64,000 nt of DNA from Malacoraja senta. Lineage: Eukaryota. The notes under the pieces were generated by a model. The model made no database searches, was not told the DNA's origin, and saw nothing but the letters and a program-made list of their open reading frames with translations. Positions 22,990-35,816 of this stretch are shown in pieces; position 1 is the stretch's first letter; the number at the start of each line of letters is the position of its first letter. The translations under genes and the position numbers were made by a program. The stretch is taken from assembly GCA_038087875.1 (NCBI GenBank), contig CM075992.1, positions 9,736,001-9,800,000 of the forward strand, in the 5' to 3' direction.

Positions 22990-23160
22990 GACTTGCACCC
23001 CTGTAAGTCTTTGGAGTGCGGGAGGAAACTGGAGATCTTGGAGAAAACCCACGCGGTCATGGGGAGAACGTACAAACTCCGTACAGACAGCACCCGTAGT
23101 CAGGATGGAACCCGGGTCTCCTGCGCTGTAAGCACTGTAAGGCAGCAACTCTACCGCAGC
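22990..23160 (-). mobile_element. HE1-like SINE 5' part
   Basis: Reverse complement of the SINE head and core. Confidence 0.8.
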
Positions 23161-23956
23161 CCTGTGTAGGGTTCACTGTAGGAACAGCCAGATTCCCTAC
23201 TGGAGGAACCTAGTAGGCCAGGCAGCAGCTGTGGAGGAAATGGACAGACAATGTTTGAGGTGAATGAGGTTGGATCTAGAGTCAGAGAGGTATGGAGCAC
23301 AGAAACAGGCCCTTTGGCCCAGCTTGTCCATGCTGACATAATGGGCTAGTCCCATTTGCCTGCATTTGGCCCATACCCCACTAAGGACTTCCAATCCATT
23401 TATCTGTCCAAATGTAATCTGAATTGTAATTGTAACCACTTTTTGGCAGCTCATTCCCAATATGGACTACCATCTGAGTGAAAGAGTTGCCCTTCTCTCC
23501 ATTATATCAGCTCCCTTACACTAAGCCTTTGTCTCCTTGGCGAGTGACTGGGAAGAAGGTCGTTACTCTGCCCCCGCCTTTGATTTGGAGTGGGAGGAGT
23601 CGAAGGAGAAGTTGATCCTAAGATCATGATCATGTGATGGGTGTAGCATGAGGCCATTCGGCCCATCAAGTCTACTCCGCCATTCAATCATGGCTGATCT
23701 ATCTCTCCCTCCTAGCCCCATTCTCCTGCCTTCTCCCCATAACCCCTGACACCTGTACTACCCAAGAACCTATCTATCTCTGCCTTCCATATATCCACAG
23801 ACATGGCCTCCACAGCCTTCTGTGGCAGCCAATGAGGACCAGCTCGGGTAGGCGGAGGAGAGTCGATCAAGATCAATGGTTGGCGTGGACATGTGGGCTG
23901 TAGGACCTGTTTCCATGCTGTGTCTTTCAATCAATTTAATCAATATTAGCCCTGAA

Positions 23957-24134
23957 GTGTAAGAAGGAACTGCAAATGCTGGATTAAACTGAAGATAGAC
24001 AGAAAAAGCTGGAGTAACTCAGAGGGACAGGCAGTATCTCTGGAGAGAAGGAATGGGTGATGTTTCGGGTCGAGACGTCTGAAGAAAGGTCACCCATTCC
24101 TTCTCCCCAGAGATGCTGCCTGTCCCGCTGAGTT
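23957..24134. repeat. Inverted pair of Penelope-like pseudo-LTRs
   Basis: AACTCAGAGGGACAGGCAGTATCTCTGGAGAGAAGGAATGGGTGA followed by TCACCCATTCCTTCTCCCCAGAGATGCTGCCTGTCCCGCTGAGTT. Confidence 0.8.
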
Positions 24135-24574
24135 GGCCCTGATGTGCCGCACAGCAGTCTGTTCAATGTTTAGTTTCACTTCATATAGTCTTGAGGTGTT
24201 CCTATCTGGGCCCACCCCTTCCTGGCAGTGCAGGGATGGGGAGCTGTGTGTAACGTGGACCATGCTGCGTCATGCGATGGGGAATGAAGCTGCAGTAGCT
24301 CTCTCCGCCAGTTAAAACAAGCCTGCTGAGTTCTCCTGCTCACTGCTACCATCGTCCACAGGGAGCTGCGGATCAGCACTCTTTCAGACTCCTTTCCCAA
24401 CTGAGAGGTTGGAACTGGAAACAAAATATTTTTCCACCAGAAGAAAAATAAGCAAGGTTTATTTTTGCTTTGGCAAAGTCGAGCGGGCTGATGATTCATT
24501 CCTCAGCAGATGGAATGTGTCCATGGCACAGACCTGTAGCAGAGTGAACTGATTCCAGCCCGTCAGAGGGCATT

Positions 24575-24778
24575 GTGTAGGAAGGAACTGCAGATGCTGT
24601 TTTAAACTGAAGATACACACAAAATGCTGGAGTAACTCAGCGGGACAGGCAGCATCTCTGGAGAGAAGGAATGGATGACGTTTTGGGTCGAGACACTTCT
24701 TCAGATGTCACCCATTCCTTCTCTCCAGAGATGGTGCTTGTCCCGCTGAGTTACTCCAGCATTTTGTGTCTATCTTCA
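24575..24778. repeat. Inverted pair of Penelope-like pseudo-LTRs
   Basis: Arms of about 70 bp, 24608-24680 versus 24707-24778. Confidence 0.8.
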
Positions 24779-24922
24779 GAGTTCATTCATGGCTCGCTGC
24801 TCCTGAGCTCTTTGCTTCTCATTGACTATGAGACAGACTGCGATAGGATGCAACCTTTCATGGATTCATAGTCATGGTTTGACACAGCACGGAACCAGGC
24901 CCTTCACCCCACGGCCTGAGAG

Positions 24923-25220
24923 GTGGCACGGTGGTGCAGCGGTAGAGTTGCTGCCTCACAGCACCAGATACCCGGGTTTGATCCTGACTATGGTTGCTGT
25001 CAGTACGGAGTTTGTATGTTCTCCCCGTGACTGGCTGGGTTTTCTCCGGGTGCTCCAGTTTCCTCCCACACAACAAGGACATACAGATTTGTAGATTAAT
25101 GGTAAAAATGGTGAATTGGTCCTAGTGTGTAAGACAGTGCTCGTGTACGGGGTGATCAGTGGTCGGCAGGGTCACGGTGGGCAAAGGGCCTGTTTCCGCG
25201 CTGCATCGCCAAAGTAAAGT
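24923..25220 (+). mobile_element. HE1-like SINE
   Basis: Head, core and tail present. Confidence 0.8.
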
Positions 25221-26471
25221 CTCAACCCATGCCGACCTGGACGCGCATTCTACACATCCCACCAGCCCAGATTTGACCCATATCCCTCTAAATGTATCCT
25301 ATTCATGTAAGGCCTCTCTCAAGGAGTCTCAACCCCACTTGGTCTTCCAGCCCTCAGAGCTTGGAGTGCCTGCTTCCATACTTCATCCCTAACTAGACTG
25401 AGCTAAATTCTTATCATGTATCTATACACTGTGGATGGCCCGATCGTAATCATGTATTGTCTTTCCACTGACTGGATAACACGCAACAAAAGCTTTTCAC
25501 TGTACCTCGGTACACCTGACAATAAACTGAACTGAACCTTAGACGTCTGCAACTCTCTAACTCGTACTTCCTGCTTATCTTTGAATTTCTTCACTCATCA
25601 TGGCTGACCACAAGACCCTCTGTTCACAAAATGCCTTCCTGATCCTCTCCACATCACTGCTCCCCTGTTCTCCCCACAAGATGCTTCTTCAAACCAACTA
25701 TGTTACCAAAGATTAGATCATCTGTCCTCACGTGACCTCTGGTCAGTTTCTGACCCTATGGATTAACACTGTTAAAAGTGGCAGATACTGACATCTTCTG
25801 GACATCTTGGTTTAATGGAATCACCGCTTTTGTCTGGCAAGCAATGATACACAAAAACTGGTAGAGCAGCTGTCTCCCAGCGCCAGAGACCTTGGTTCAA
25901 TCTTAACCTTGGGTGCTGTCGGATGCCCGCCCACACAGACCTTCCATGTTATCCGACTTTTGCATCCCACACACTAGCGGCAATTAACAAAAGCCAATTA
26001 ACCTACAAACCTGCACGTCTTTGCAATGTGGGAGGAAACCAGAGCACCCAGAGAAAACCCACACGGTCACGGGGAGAACGTAAAAACTCCGTACAGACAG
26101 TACCCGTAGTCAGGATCGATCCCGGGTCTCTGGTGTTGCACCATTGTGCACCCAGTCCACAAGGGAGGCCAGACGTCCTAAATTCAAGAGTCAAGACTGT
26201 TTTATTGGGGTGGGAGATTGCAACCTTCACGTGGTCCGCCCTGTTTCAACGAATGCAATCAACCCAGCGTGCACAATCAAATAAGATCAAATAGAACAAG
26301 TTGTCCTACAACTTTAGGCTGTGCACGCCATACGCAAGAAGAAGAAGTGTTATATTGTCATATGTCCCAGATTCATACAATAAAATTCTTACTTGCTGCA
26401 GCACAACAGAATATGTAAACATAGTACACTGTAAAAATATGATAAACGAGAGAGAAAAAAAAGTTGTGTTT

Positions 26472-26525
26472 ACATATACACATACTCACAAGTACACTTA
26501 CATATATATATATATATATACATAT

Positions 26526-26604
<79 letters not shown>
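26472..26604. repeat. (TA)n microsatellite with CA interruptions
   Basis: Read directly from the sequence. Confidence 0.95.
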
Positions 26605-26804
26605 CTCAAAACATTCTGATCTCCCCTTGGTGGCATTCCTAGAAATCTCACTAATCGGAGCGAGATGAAATGTTATGGTATGTTTGCAGTTAAATATCCT
26701 GCAGAGCTAGTAGACGGATGATTGTTGGTCGGCATGGTCTCGGTGGGCCGAAGGGCCTGTTTCCACGCTGTACCTCAAAACTAAACTAAGGTAAAGTTTG
26801 GTAA

Positions 26805-27295
26805 TGTTTCCTCCAGCAGCGGCCGGGACGCTCCCGACTCGCCGCGGTGTCGGAGGGGAGGATTCGCACGTTTAAAATATTTCGGGTTGCCCTCTGGACC
26901 GCGACACGGAGAGGTGGTGGTGGAGGGAGACGGTGATGGAGGCAGACGTTGTACAAGGAGCCCGGTGAGAGGAACCAGGGGGTTGTTACCTTCCGTGCCC
27001 TCGAGGTCGGCTGCGAGAGGTGCCCCCCCCCCTCGGGGAACAAGGGCTGAAGAGGGCCGGGTGAGGAGAGGGACATCGGGTCACGGGACGACCAAAATGG
27101 AGGCGAGGGCTGCAACAGGCCTTTGTTACCAGCTGCAGCTGGGACTGTAAAATGGCGCCAAAATGGTGACTCTTGTATATGGTCTCAGTGGGCTGTCCTG
27201 TGCTGACTGGGGCGTTTGTACTTATGTACGGGGACAGTCTTGCTGAGCTGTATTTCACTGTAACCGGTACACGTGACAATAAAGAAACAATAACA
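26805..27295 (+). mobile_element. GC-rich retroposon with a Rex1-like GTGACAATAAA tail (second family)
   Basis: Ends TTTCACTGTAACCGGTACACGTGACAATAAA; the AAATGGC(G/A)CCAAAA..TGGTGACTC motif is shared with ~55870. Confidence 0.5.
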
Positions 27296-27592
27296 TAAGA
27301 ATAAGGGGTAGGCCATTTAGAACTGAGATGAGGAAAAAACCTTTTCACTCGGAGAGTTGTGAATTTGAGGAATTCTCTGCCTCAGAAGGCAGTGGAGGCC
27401 GATTCACTGGATGCATTCAAACAAAAGTTAGATAGAGCTCTTAGGGCTGACGGAATCAAGGGATATAGGGGAGAAGGCAGGAATGGGGTACTGATTGTGG
27501 ATGATCAGCCATGATCACATTGAATGGTGGTGCTGGTTCGAAGGGCCGAATGGCCTACTCCTGCACTGATTGACTATGTATTTATGTATCTA
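27296..27592 (+). mobile_element. CR1 3' end
   Basis: CR1 3'UTR GATCAGCCATGATCACATTGAATGG...GGCCGAATGGCCTACTCCTG. Confidence 0.8.
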
Positions 27593-27620
27593 TCATTGCA
27601 AGATGCAGCATAAAGATTTG

Positions 27621-27940
27621 GGGGCAGCACAGTGCAGCAGCGGTAGAGTTGCTGCCTCACAGCGCCAGAGACCCAGGTTCAATCCCGACCACGGGTGCTG
27701 TCTGTACGGAGTTTGTACATTGTCCTCGTGACCTGCCTGGATTTTGTTCCATGGGTGCTCCAGTTTCCTCCCACACTCCAAAGCCATAACAGGTTTGTAG
27801 GTGAATTGGCTTGTGATAAATGTAAATTGTCAATTAGTCTGTGTCGGGTAGTGCTAGTATGCGGGGATCGCTGGTCAGCGTGGACTCGGTGGGCCGAAGG
27901 GCCTGTTTCCATGCTGTATCTCTCAACTAAACTAAACTAA
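27621..27940 (+). mobile_element. HE1-like SINE
   Basis: Complete head, core and CTAAA tail. Confidence 0.85.
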
Positions 27941-28519
27941 AAATGGGCCCTTCGGCCATCAAGTCCTCTACTCACAGTAGAGGGTGAGGTAGAGTGTGAG
28001 GGAGGAACAGGGGGATGGATTACGCGTGAACAAAAACAAGGGAGAAAGGTTGTTCAGAAAATCTACGTGAACATAACTTCTTAAATGTGTTAACAGCAGT
28101 AAATAGCCGCACTGCCAAACACTGCTAACCACTTATCAAAGGATTGTGAAGGGACTGTTTACACATCTCTCTAGAATAAATAAAGTACTTTTAAATAATT
28201 TCCAATCACACAAATGTTCGCAGTAAGGAGATTGAAACCAAAAATATGGTTTGTGTCAACTTGTAGTCAACCCTTTGGTGAAAAAAACGGAGCAATGGTA
28301 GAATCTTTTAATTTTATTGGGTTGTGTGCATGAAAGACTGACATGTGATAATATTATTACAGCTGAAGTTAGCATGTTCAGCTGGTGTGTAACCTAGGTC
28401 TCCTGGCTGCTGAAGGCTTATTGATATCTCCTGTCTGCATCCCTAACACAAGCCACATGCCTGGCTAGTTATTTTCCTCTTAAAGGCCCACTCCCCTCTC
28501 CTCAGGCAGTGTGGGGATG

Positions 28520-29070
28520 ACATTGAGTGATACAGCGTGGAAACAGGCCCTTCGGCCCAACGTGCCCACATCAGCCAACATGTCCCAGCTACACTAATCC
28601 CACCAACCCGCGTTTGGTCCATATCCCTCCAAACCTGCCCATCCATGTACCTGTCTAACCGTTTCTTAAGCAAGATAGTCCCTGCCTCAACTACCTCCTC
28701 TGGCAGCCTGTTCCATACACCCATCACTCTTTATGTGAAAATTTTACCCCTCTGATTCCTATTAAATTGTTTCCCCTTCACCTTAAACCTATGCCCTCTG
28801 GTCCTCAATTCACCTATTCTGGGCAAGAGACTCCGTGCATCTACCCAATCTATTCCTATAATGGTTTTATGCACCTCTATAAGATCACCCCTCTTCCTCC
28901 AGCGCTCCAAGGAATAGAGACCCAGCCTACTCAACCTCTCCCTATAGCTCACACCCTGGCAACATCCTCGTAAAGCTTCTATAGGCCCTTTCCAGCTTGA
29001 CAACTGAATACAATACTCTAAATGCGGCCTCACCAATGTCTTGTACAACTGCAACATGGCCCCCAACTGC
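28520..29070 (-). mobile_element. CR1 3' fragment (HE1-partner type tail)
   Basis: [15 protein letters not shown]...RGDLIEVHK; tail GGGCCGAAGGGCCTGTTTCC is shared with the SINEs. Confidence 0.8.
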
Positions 29071-29094
29071 TATGCTTAACCTCTCAACTTCTAA

Positions 29095-30162
29095 AGGAGT
29101 AGGAGTGAACGGGTCCTTTTCAGAATGGCAGGCAGTGGCGAGTGGAGTGTCGCAAGGCTCAGTGTTGTGGTCGCAACTGTTTACCATATATATTAATGAT
29201 TTGGAAGAGGGAATTAGGAGCAACACTAGCAAGTTTGCAGATGACACAAAGCTGGGTGGCAGTGTGAACTGTGAAGAGGACGTTAGGAGGTTGCAGGATG
29301 ACCTGGACAGGTTGAGTGAGTGGGCAGATGCATGGCAGATGCAGTATAATATAGATAAATGTGAGGTTATCCACTTTGGTGGCAAAAACAAGCGGGCAGA
29401 TTATTATCACAATGGGGTTAGGTTAGGTAAGGGGTAGGTACAGCGAGACCTGGGTGTCCTTGTACATCGGTCACTGAAAGTTGATGTGCAGGTACAGCAG
29501 GCAGTGAAGAAAGCTAATGGAATGTTGGCCTTCATAACAAGATGATTTCAGTATAGGAGTAGAGAGGTTCTTCTGCAGTTGTATAGGGCTCTGGTAAGAC
29601 CACATCTGGAGTATTGCGTACAGTTTTGGTCTCCTAATTTGAGGAAGGACATCCTTGTGATTGAGGCAGTGCAGCATAGGTTCATGAGATTGTTCCCTGG
29701 GATGGCGGGACTGTCATATGAGGAAAGATTGAAAAGACTAGGCTTGTATTCACTGGAGTTTAAAAGGATGAGGGGATATCTTATAGAGACATATAAAATT
29801 ATAAAAGGACTGGACAAGCTAGATGCAGGAAAAATGTTCCCAATGTTGGGTGAGTCCAGAACTAGGGGCCACAGTCTTAGAATAAAGGGGAGGCCATTTA
29901 AGACTGAGGTGAGAAAAAACTTTTTCACCCAGAGAGTTGTGAATTTATGGAATTCCCTGCCACAGAGGGCAGTGGAGGCCAAATCACTGGATGGATTTAA
30001 GAGAGTTAGATAGAGCTCTAGGGGCTAGTGGAGTCAAGGGATATGGGGAGAAGGCAGGCACGGGTTATTGATTGGGGATAATCAGCTATGATCACAATGA
30101 ATGGCGGTGCTGGCTCGAAGGGCCGAATGGCCTCCTCCTGCACCTATGTTTCTATGTTTCTA
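29095..30162 (+). mobile_element. CR1 ORF2 3' part (young)
   Basis: SGVSQGSVL...[28 protein letters not shown]; (TATGTTTC)n tail. Confidence 0.9.
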
Positions 30163-30502
30163 TACTGGGGGCGCGCTGTGCTTATCTCTGGCATAGAAGC
30201 AAATCTGTGGTCCGTGGTGACGTGTGGAAACCGGACTGCCGACGACAGGCGGGGCAAGCAGATTCACCAGCTCTATGGTGAGCGAGCAACTATGATTGTG
30301 GGATCTTGCTGTGCGCACGGACAGAAACGCGGTAATGCAGGGATGTGGATCATGTGTAGGCAGAGGAGACTAGTTTGCCTTGTCGGCAGGTTCAGCACAG
30401 CCACCGTGGGCCGAAGGGTCCCTTTCCATCTCTAAACTAAACTAATCTGAACTTGGGCCCTCCAGTGTCTGTGCTGAGCCTGATGTCAAAAGAAACTAAT
30501 TG

Positions 30503-30780
30503 GTTTAGTTTACAGATACAGAGCAGAAATAGACCCTTCGGCCCTCCAAGTCCACACTGACCAGCTGTCCACGCATATTAACACACACTAGGGACAATTT
30601 TACATATATACCAAGCCGATTAACCTACCAATCTGTATGTCTCTGGAGTGTGGGAAGAAACCGAAGATCTCGGAGAAAACCCGCACAGGTCACGGGGAGA
30701 ACGTACAAACTCTGCACATACAGCTCCCGTAGTCGGAATTGAACCTGGGTCTCTGGCGCTGTAAGGCAGCAACTCTAACA
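30503..30780 (-). mobile_element. HE1-like SINE
   Basis: Reverse-complement core and tail. Confidence 0.75.
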
Positions 30781-30892
30781 CTGGGTCAACGTGCCGTCCC
30801 CTAGGCAAGGAATCAAATCTGTGTGTCGTGGGGTGCATGGAAACAGGACTGCCGGCTCCTGGCGGGGCAAGCGGATTCACCAGCTCTGTGGT

Positions 30893-31546
30893 GATCCGGG
30901 TTCAATCCTGACTAGAGGGGTGCTGTCTGTGCGGAGTTTGCACGCTCTCCCCATGACCCGCGTGGGTTTTCTCCGGGTGCTCCAGTTTCTTCCCACATTC
31001 CATCTTATAGAAACATAAAATTATTAAGGGATTGGACACGCTAGATGCAGGAAACATGTTCCCGATGTTGGGGGAGTCCAGAACTAGGGGCCACAGTTTA
31101 AGAATAAGGGGTAATCCATTTAGGAATGTGATGAGGAGAAACTTTTTCACCGAGAGAGTTGTGAATTTGTGGAATTCTCTGCCTCAGAAGGCAGTGAAGG
31201 CCGGTTCACTGCAAGCATTCAAAAGAGAGTTAGACAGAGCACTTAGGGCTAGCAGAATCATGGAATTTGGGGAAAAGGCAGGAACGGGGTACTGATTATG
31301 GATGATCAGCCATGATCCCATTGAAATGCGGTGTTGGCTCGAAGGGTCGAATGGCCGACTCCTGCACCTATTGTCTATGTATCTATCCATAAACATACAG
31401 GGTTGTAGTTAATTTGCTTCGGTAACTGCAAATTGTCCCTTGTGTGTTTGACAGTGTTAGTGTGCGGGGATCGCTGACCGGAGTGGTCTCGCTGGGACGA
31501 ATTCTGCACTGTATCTCTAAACTGAACCAAACTAAACTAAACTAAA
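30893..31546 (+). mobile_element. HE1-like SINE split by a CR1 3' fragment (~31001-31390)
   Basis: SINE core at 30893-31000, CR1 ORF 31032..31295, SINE tail at 31395-31546. Confidence 0.75.
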
Positions 31547-32009
31547 CATGGATACGCAGGGAATGGAGGGATGTGGTTCATGTGCAGGTGGAGAAGATCA
31601 GTTGACCTTGTCATCAGATTCAGCACAGATGCCGTGGGCAGAAGATTCTTTTTCCATCTTTAAACTGAACTAATCTAAACTTTGGCCCATGGTGGCAGTG
31701 CCGAACCTAAAATAAACTCATCTTGATGGCTGGCGTGGACTCTGTGTGCCGAAGGGCCTGTTTCCATCTCTAAACATCGGCCTATTGAGGCCACGCTGAC
31801 CATCGATCACCTGTTCACACTAGTTCCATGTTATCCCACTTTCTCATCCACGCCCTACACACTAGAGGTGATTTATTGGGGCCAATTAACCTGCAAACCC
31901 ACACCTCTTTGGGACCTGTCCTGCACTGTTTATGTTCTATGTTCTGTTATATGTGACCTGTGTTAGGCAGAGACTTAACTTCAGAACTTCTTTAGTTTAG
32001 TTTACGGTT

Positions 32010-32378
32010 GTTCAGCACTTTAACTTCCCCTCCCATTCCCAATCTAACCTTTCTGTCCTGGGCATTTTCCATTGTCAGAGTGAGGCCCAGCCCAAATTGG
32101 AGGAACAGCACCCCACATTTCGCTTGGGCAGCTTACAACCCAGCAGTGTGAACATTGACTTCTCTAACTTCAAATAGCCCTGGCTTTCCCTCTCTCTCCA
32201 CCCCTCCCCCTTCCCAGTTCTCCCACCAGTCTTACTGTCTCCAACTACATTCTATCTCTATCCCGCCCACTCCCCTGACATCAGTCCAAAGAAGGGTCTC
32301 GACCCGAAACGTCACCCATTCCTTCTCTCCAGAGATGCTGCCTGTCCCGCAATTACTCCAGCATTTTGAGTCCACCTT
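32010..32378 (+). mobile_element. Penelope-like element 3' part with pseudo-LTR
   Basis: HFNFPSHSQSNLSVLG...KLEEQH...LGSLQPSSVNIDF, followed by GAAGGGTCTCGACCCGAAACGTC. Confidence 0.75.
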
Positions 32379-33837
32379 TAGTTTAGTTTAGTTTAGTTTA
32401 GTTTAGTTTAGAGATACAGCGTGGAAACAGGCCACTCGGCCCACCGAGTCAGTGCTGACCAGCGTTCCCTTTACACTAACACTATCCGACACACACTAGG
32501 AACAATTTACATTTTACCGAAGCCAATTAACCTACAAACTTGAACATCTTTGGAGTGTGAGAAGCAAAAGGAGCTCCTGGAGAAAACTCATGCAGGTCAC
32601 GTGGAGAACGTACAGACTCCTTACAGACTGTACCTGTAGTGTGAATCGAACCCGGGTCTCTGACGCTGAAAGGCAGCAAATCTACCGCTGTGCCACCGTG
32701 TGAGGTGTCTACCACTGGAAATGACAGCAATGTTGTCCTCGCATCTCCAGCCTGCTCCTGCATTCAGTTTGATTGCTCTGATCGTGCCTCAAGACCAGGC
32801 CAGCACTGAGGTGCATCTGGCAGATCTTATGCCTTGCAGTTCTTGGGTTTAATCCAGGACTGCCTGTGTGGAGTTTGCAGGTTTTCCCTGTGACCGCATG
32901 GGTTTCCCCCCGGTACTCCAGCTTCCTCCCACATCCCACAGACTTGAAGAACAAAAACACAAACGAGTGGCACAGTGGCGCAGCGGTAGAGTTGCTGCCT
33001 CACAGCGCCAGAGACCCGGGTTTAATCCTAATTATGGGTGTTGTCTGTGTGGAGTTTGTATGTTCGCCCCATGACCTGTGTGGGTTTCCTCCGGGTGCTC
33101 CCCTTTTCTCCGTCACTCCAAAGACATGCAGGGTTGTAGGTTAATTGGCTTGGTTAAAATGAAAATTGTCCCTAGTTGTGTGTAGGATAGTGTTAGTGTG
33201 CGGAGATCGCTGGTCGGCGCAGACTCGGAAGAACATACAGACAGTACCCATAATCAGGATAGGTGGGTGGAGAATCTGAAGGGAGTTGGTAGGATTGTGG
33301 GGAGACTAAAATAGTTTAGAAGATTAAGGTAAAATAATATGAGCGTTTTGGGGTAGCAGGGACTGTGTGGGCTGAAGGACTTGCCTCGGTACTGTATCTT
33401 TCTCTGACTCAATGATCTCATCTCTCCTCATTGTCCAAATATTAGTTTAGTTGAAGAGGTCATCCATTCCTTCTCCCCAGAGATGCTGCCTGTCCCGTTG
33501 AGTTACTCCAGCATTTTGTGTCTATTATTAGTTTAGTTTAGTTTAGTTCAGAGATACAGCATGGAAAACAACCCTTCAGCCCACCAAGTCCGCGCCGACC
33601 AGCGATTCCTCCACACTAGCACTACCCTATGCACACCAGGGAGCATTTTACAATTTTTACCAAGCCAATTACCCTACATACTTGAATGTCTTTGGAGTGT
33701 GGTAGGAAACAAGAGCACCCAGAGAAAACCCATGCGGTCACGGGGAGAACGTACCAACTCCACACAGACAGCACCCTTGGTCAGGATGGAATCTCTAGCG
33801 CTGTAAGGCAACAACTCTACCGCTGCACCACCGTGCC
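32378..33837. mobile_element. Cluster of HE1-like SINEs (minus 32378-32700; plus 32968-33230; minus 33528-33837)
   Basis: Recurrent SINE head, core and tail motifs. Confidence 0.8.
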
Positions 33838-33931
33838 GTATCATCAGTGAGCCACCTTGTGCACAGCAACTGAAGACCCACAGATCACAATGGACAGAAT
33901 TCCAAAGTGTTCCTTCATGATAAGTAAGTAA

Positions 33932-34411
33932 AGGGGCTGTCCCACGGGCAGGCGATTCCATGCGGCAAGCGCGACCTAACCGGAAGCGGCGGCCGTGCGG
34001 GGACCGCATGGAGGTCGTGGGACCGGTCCCACGTAGATCGCCAGAGCCGTATGGAGTTGGTCCCGGCACCGCGCGGGGCTCCGAAAAACTGACAGTGTTC
34101 AAAAATTCCGCGCGGCAACGGCCTGTCACCCCGCTGCCGTCTCGACGCCACGCGCACCGTCTCGACGGAGTAGGCCTAGCACGTGGCGTTGCGCAATGAT
34201 GTCATCACCTGATGCCGCGCGACGTCCATTCGCAGTCGGCCCGCCGTTTACCGGGTCACATTAAAACCGCTTCCGGTTAGGTCGCGCTCGCCGCATGCAT
34301 TCGCATGCTCGTGGGACAGGCCGTACGGTGATCATTCGGCCTCCGCGCGGCACCCGCTTCCGGTTAGGTCGCGCTTGCCGCATGGAGTCGCCTGCCCGTG
34401 GGACAGGCCCT
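33932..34411. mobile_element. PIF/Harbinger-type MITE with ~60-bp TIRs
   Basis: AGGGGCTGTCCCACGGGCAGGCGATTCCATGCGGCAAGCGCGACCTAACCGGAAGCGG with its reverse complement at the right end; TAA TSD. Confidence 0.9.
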
Positions 34412-35816
34412 TAAGTAAGTAAGTTTATTGGCCAAGTATTCACATACAAGGAATTTGCCTTGGTGCTCCGCCCACAAGTAACAACATGACATACAGTGAC
34501 AGTTATGAATGACTCAGAAAACACTAAACATTAATAATAATAAAACATTAATGATAAAACACCATTGATCAAGCATGTGAACCAACAAAATACCAGATCA
34601 AAGGGAGGCTACAGATTTTTGACTGTAAAGAAATGTGTCCACATCTTGGTCTTAAATGTCCAGATTCCTGAGTCCTAGTTGTAGAATCTTCAACACAAGG
34701 CTTCTAACCATCATTTTACTTCGGAGTCACGTGAGTGACTACGTGAAGAAGCCCGTCAGTGCGCCTGCGCGTCATTACGTCAGACGCCTTGACGCAAACG
34801 GACGTGAGGAGTAGTGCTCCTCGAGTGGTTTGTAGTTTTTCAACTACAAGGTAAGTAAAAACTTTTTTACAGGTTTTCCAGGTCCGTTTACTGTGGGTCT
34901 ATGGCGATTTTTTCCACAGACGCCATGGGAAAAAACGGACAGGGGGAAGAGGCGAGCGACATAGCCGACAGAAGTCGGGAAAGTCAGGAGTCCGCGGTTA
35001 GAGACCAACCGCCTCTAAACCCCGGTACAGTTGCCAGCGGTGAGCATAGCGACTGTGGACCTGGGGCTGGTGAAAACACAGTCAGCGCCTGTCGGGCAAA
35101 AGACAAAGTTTAAATCCCAACAGAGGGAGTCCCAGGCAATGAAGAAGCTCCAGGGCTAGATACTGCTTTAGAGCGTATTGCCCAAATAGAAAGCCTTTTA
35201 CACAGGCTGTTGGAGCAAAGTTCACTCAGGAAGGAGTGTTCTGAAAGCCAAGCTGCTGGAAACAGCTCAAACAGCTCCTGGTACAGAGCTAGATACTGCT
35301 TTCGAGCGTATTGCCCAAATAGAAGCCTTTTTCATAGGTTGTTGGAGCAAAAGTCCACTCAGGAAGGAGTGTACTGTAATCCAAGCTGCAGGAGCAGCTT
35401 AACAGCACCTGGCTCAGGGCTGATGGAATGCACCCTCAGGAATGAGGAGTGTGCTACAGGTCATGAGATTTCAGACCCCGACTCTGACGGTGAGGCTGTA
35501 CAAGGCGATGAAAGGCAGCTGCCAGATGTTCCACCCCTGGTAGTAGGATTCGCTGCCCCGTCAGGGTCAGGAGAGCCATTAGGAAGAACTGGCCTCCTTA
35601 ATAAATTACTTGGTTTACCTTTAGCTGGAACAGCATGAAATGGATGAGACTGCAAGAGTATCTGGAATCAGTTGCAGAGAATATTAAAGCTGCTGGGTTC
35701 TGGAATAACTGCTTTTACCAGAATAGCAGGTAACAACCAAAAGATGACGAAGTTGCATCAGCAAGCACTGGGGTTGCTATGCAGCACCCACTTCGAGAAG
35801 TGCTATACGGTCTACT

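Noticed and set aside
24133..24499. Possible host exon in unique sequence
   Set aside because: No recognisable protein similarity in the frames inspected and no convincing paired splice sites.
26301..26651. ORFs with YIYIYI runs
   Set aside because: They are translations of a (TA)n microsatellite.
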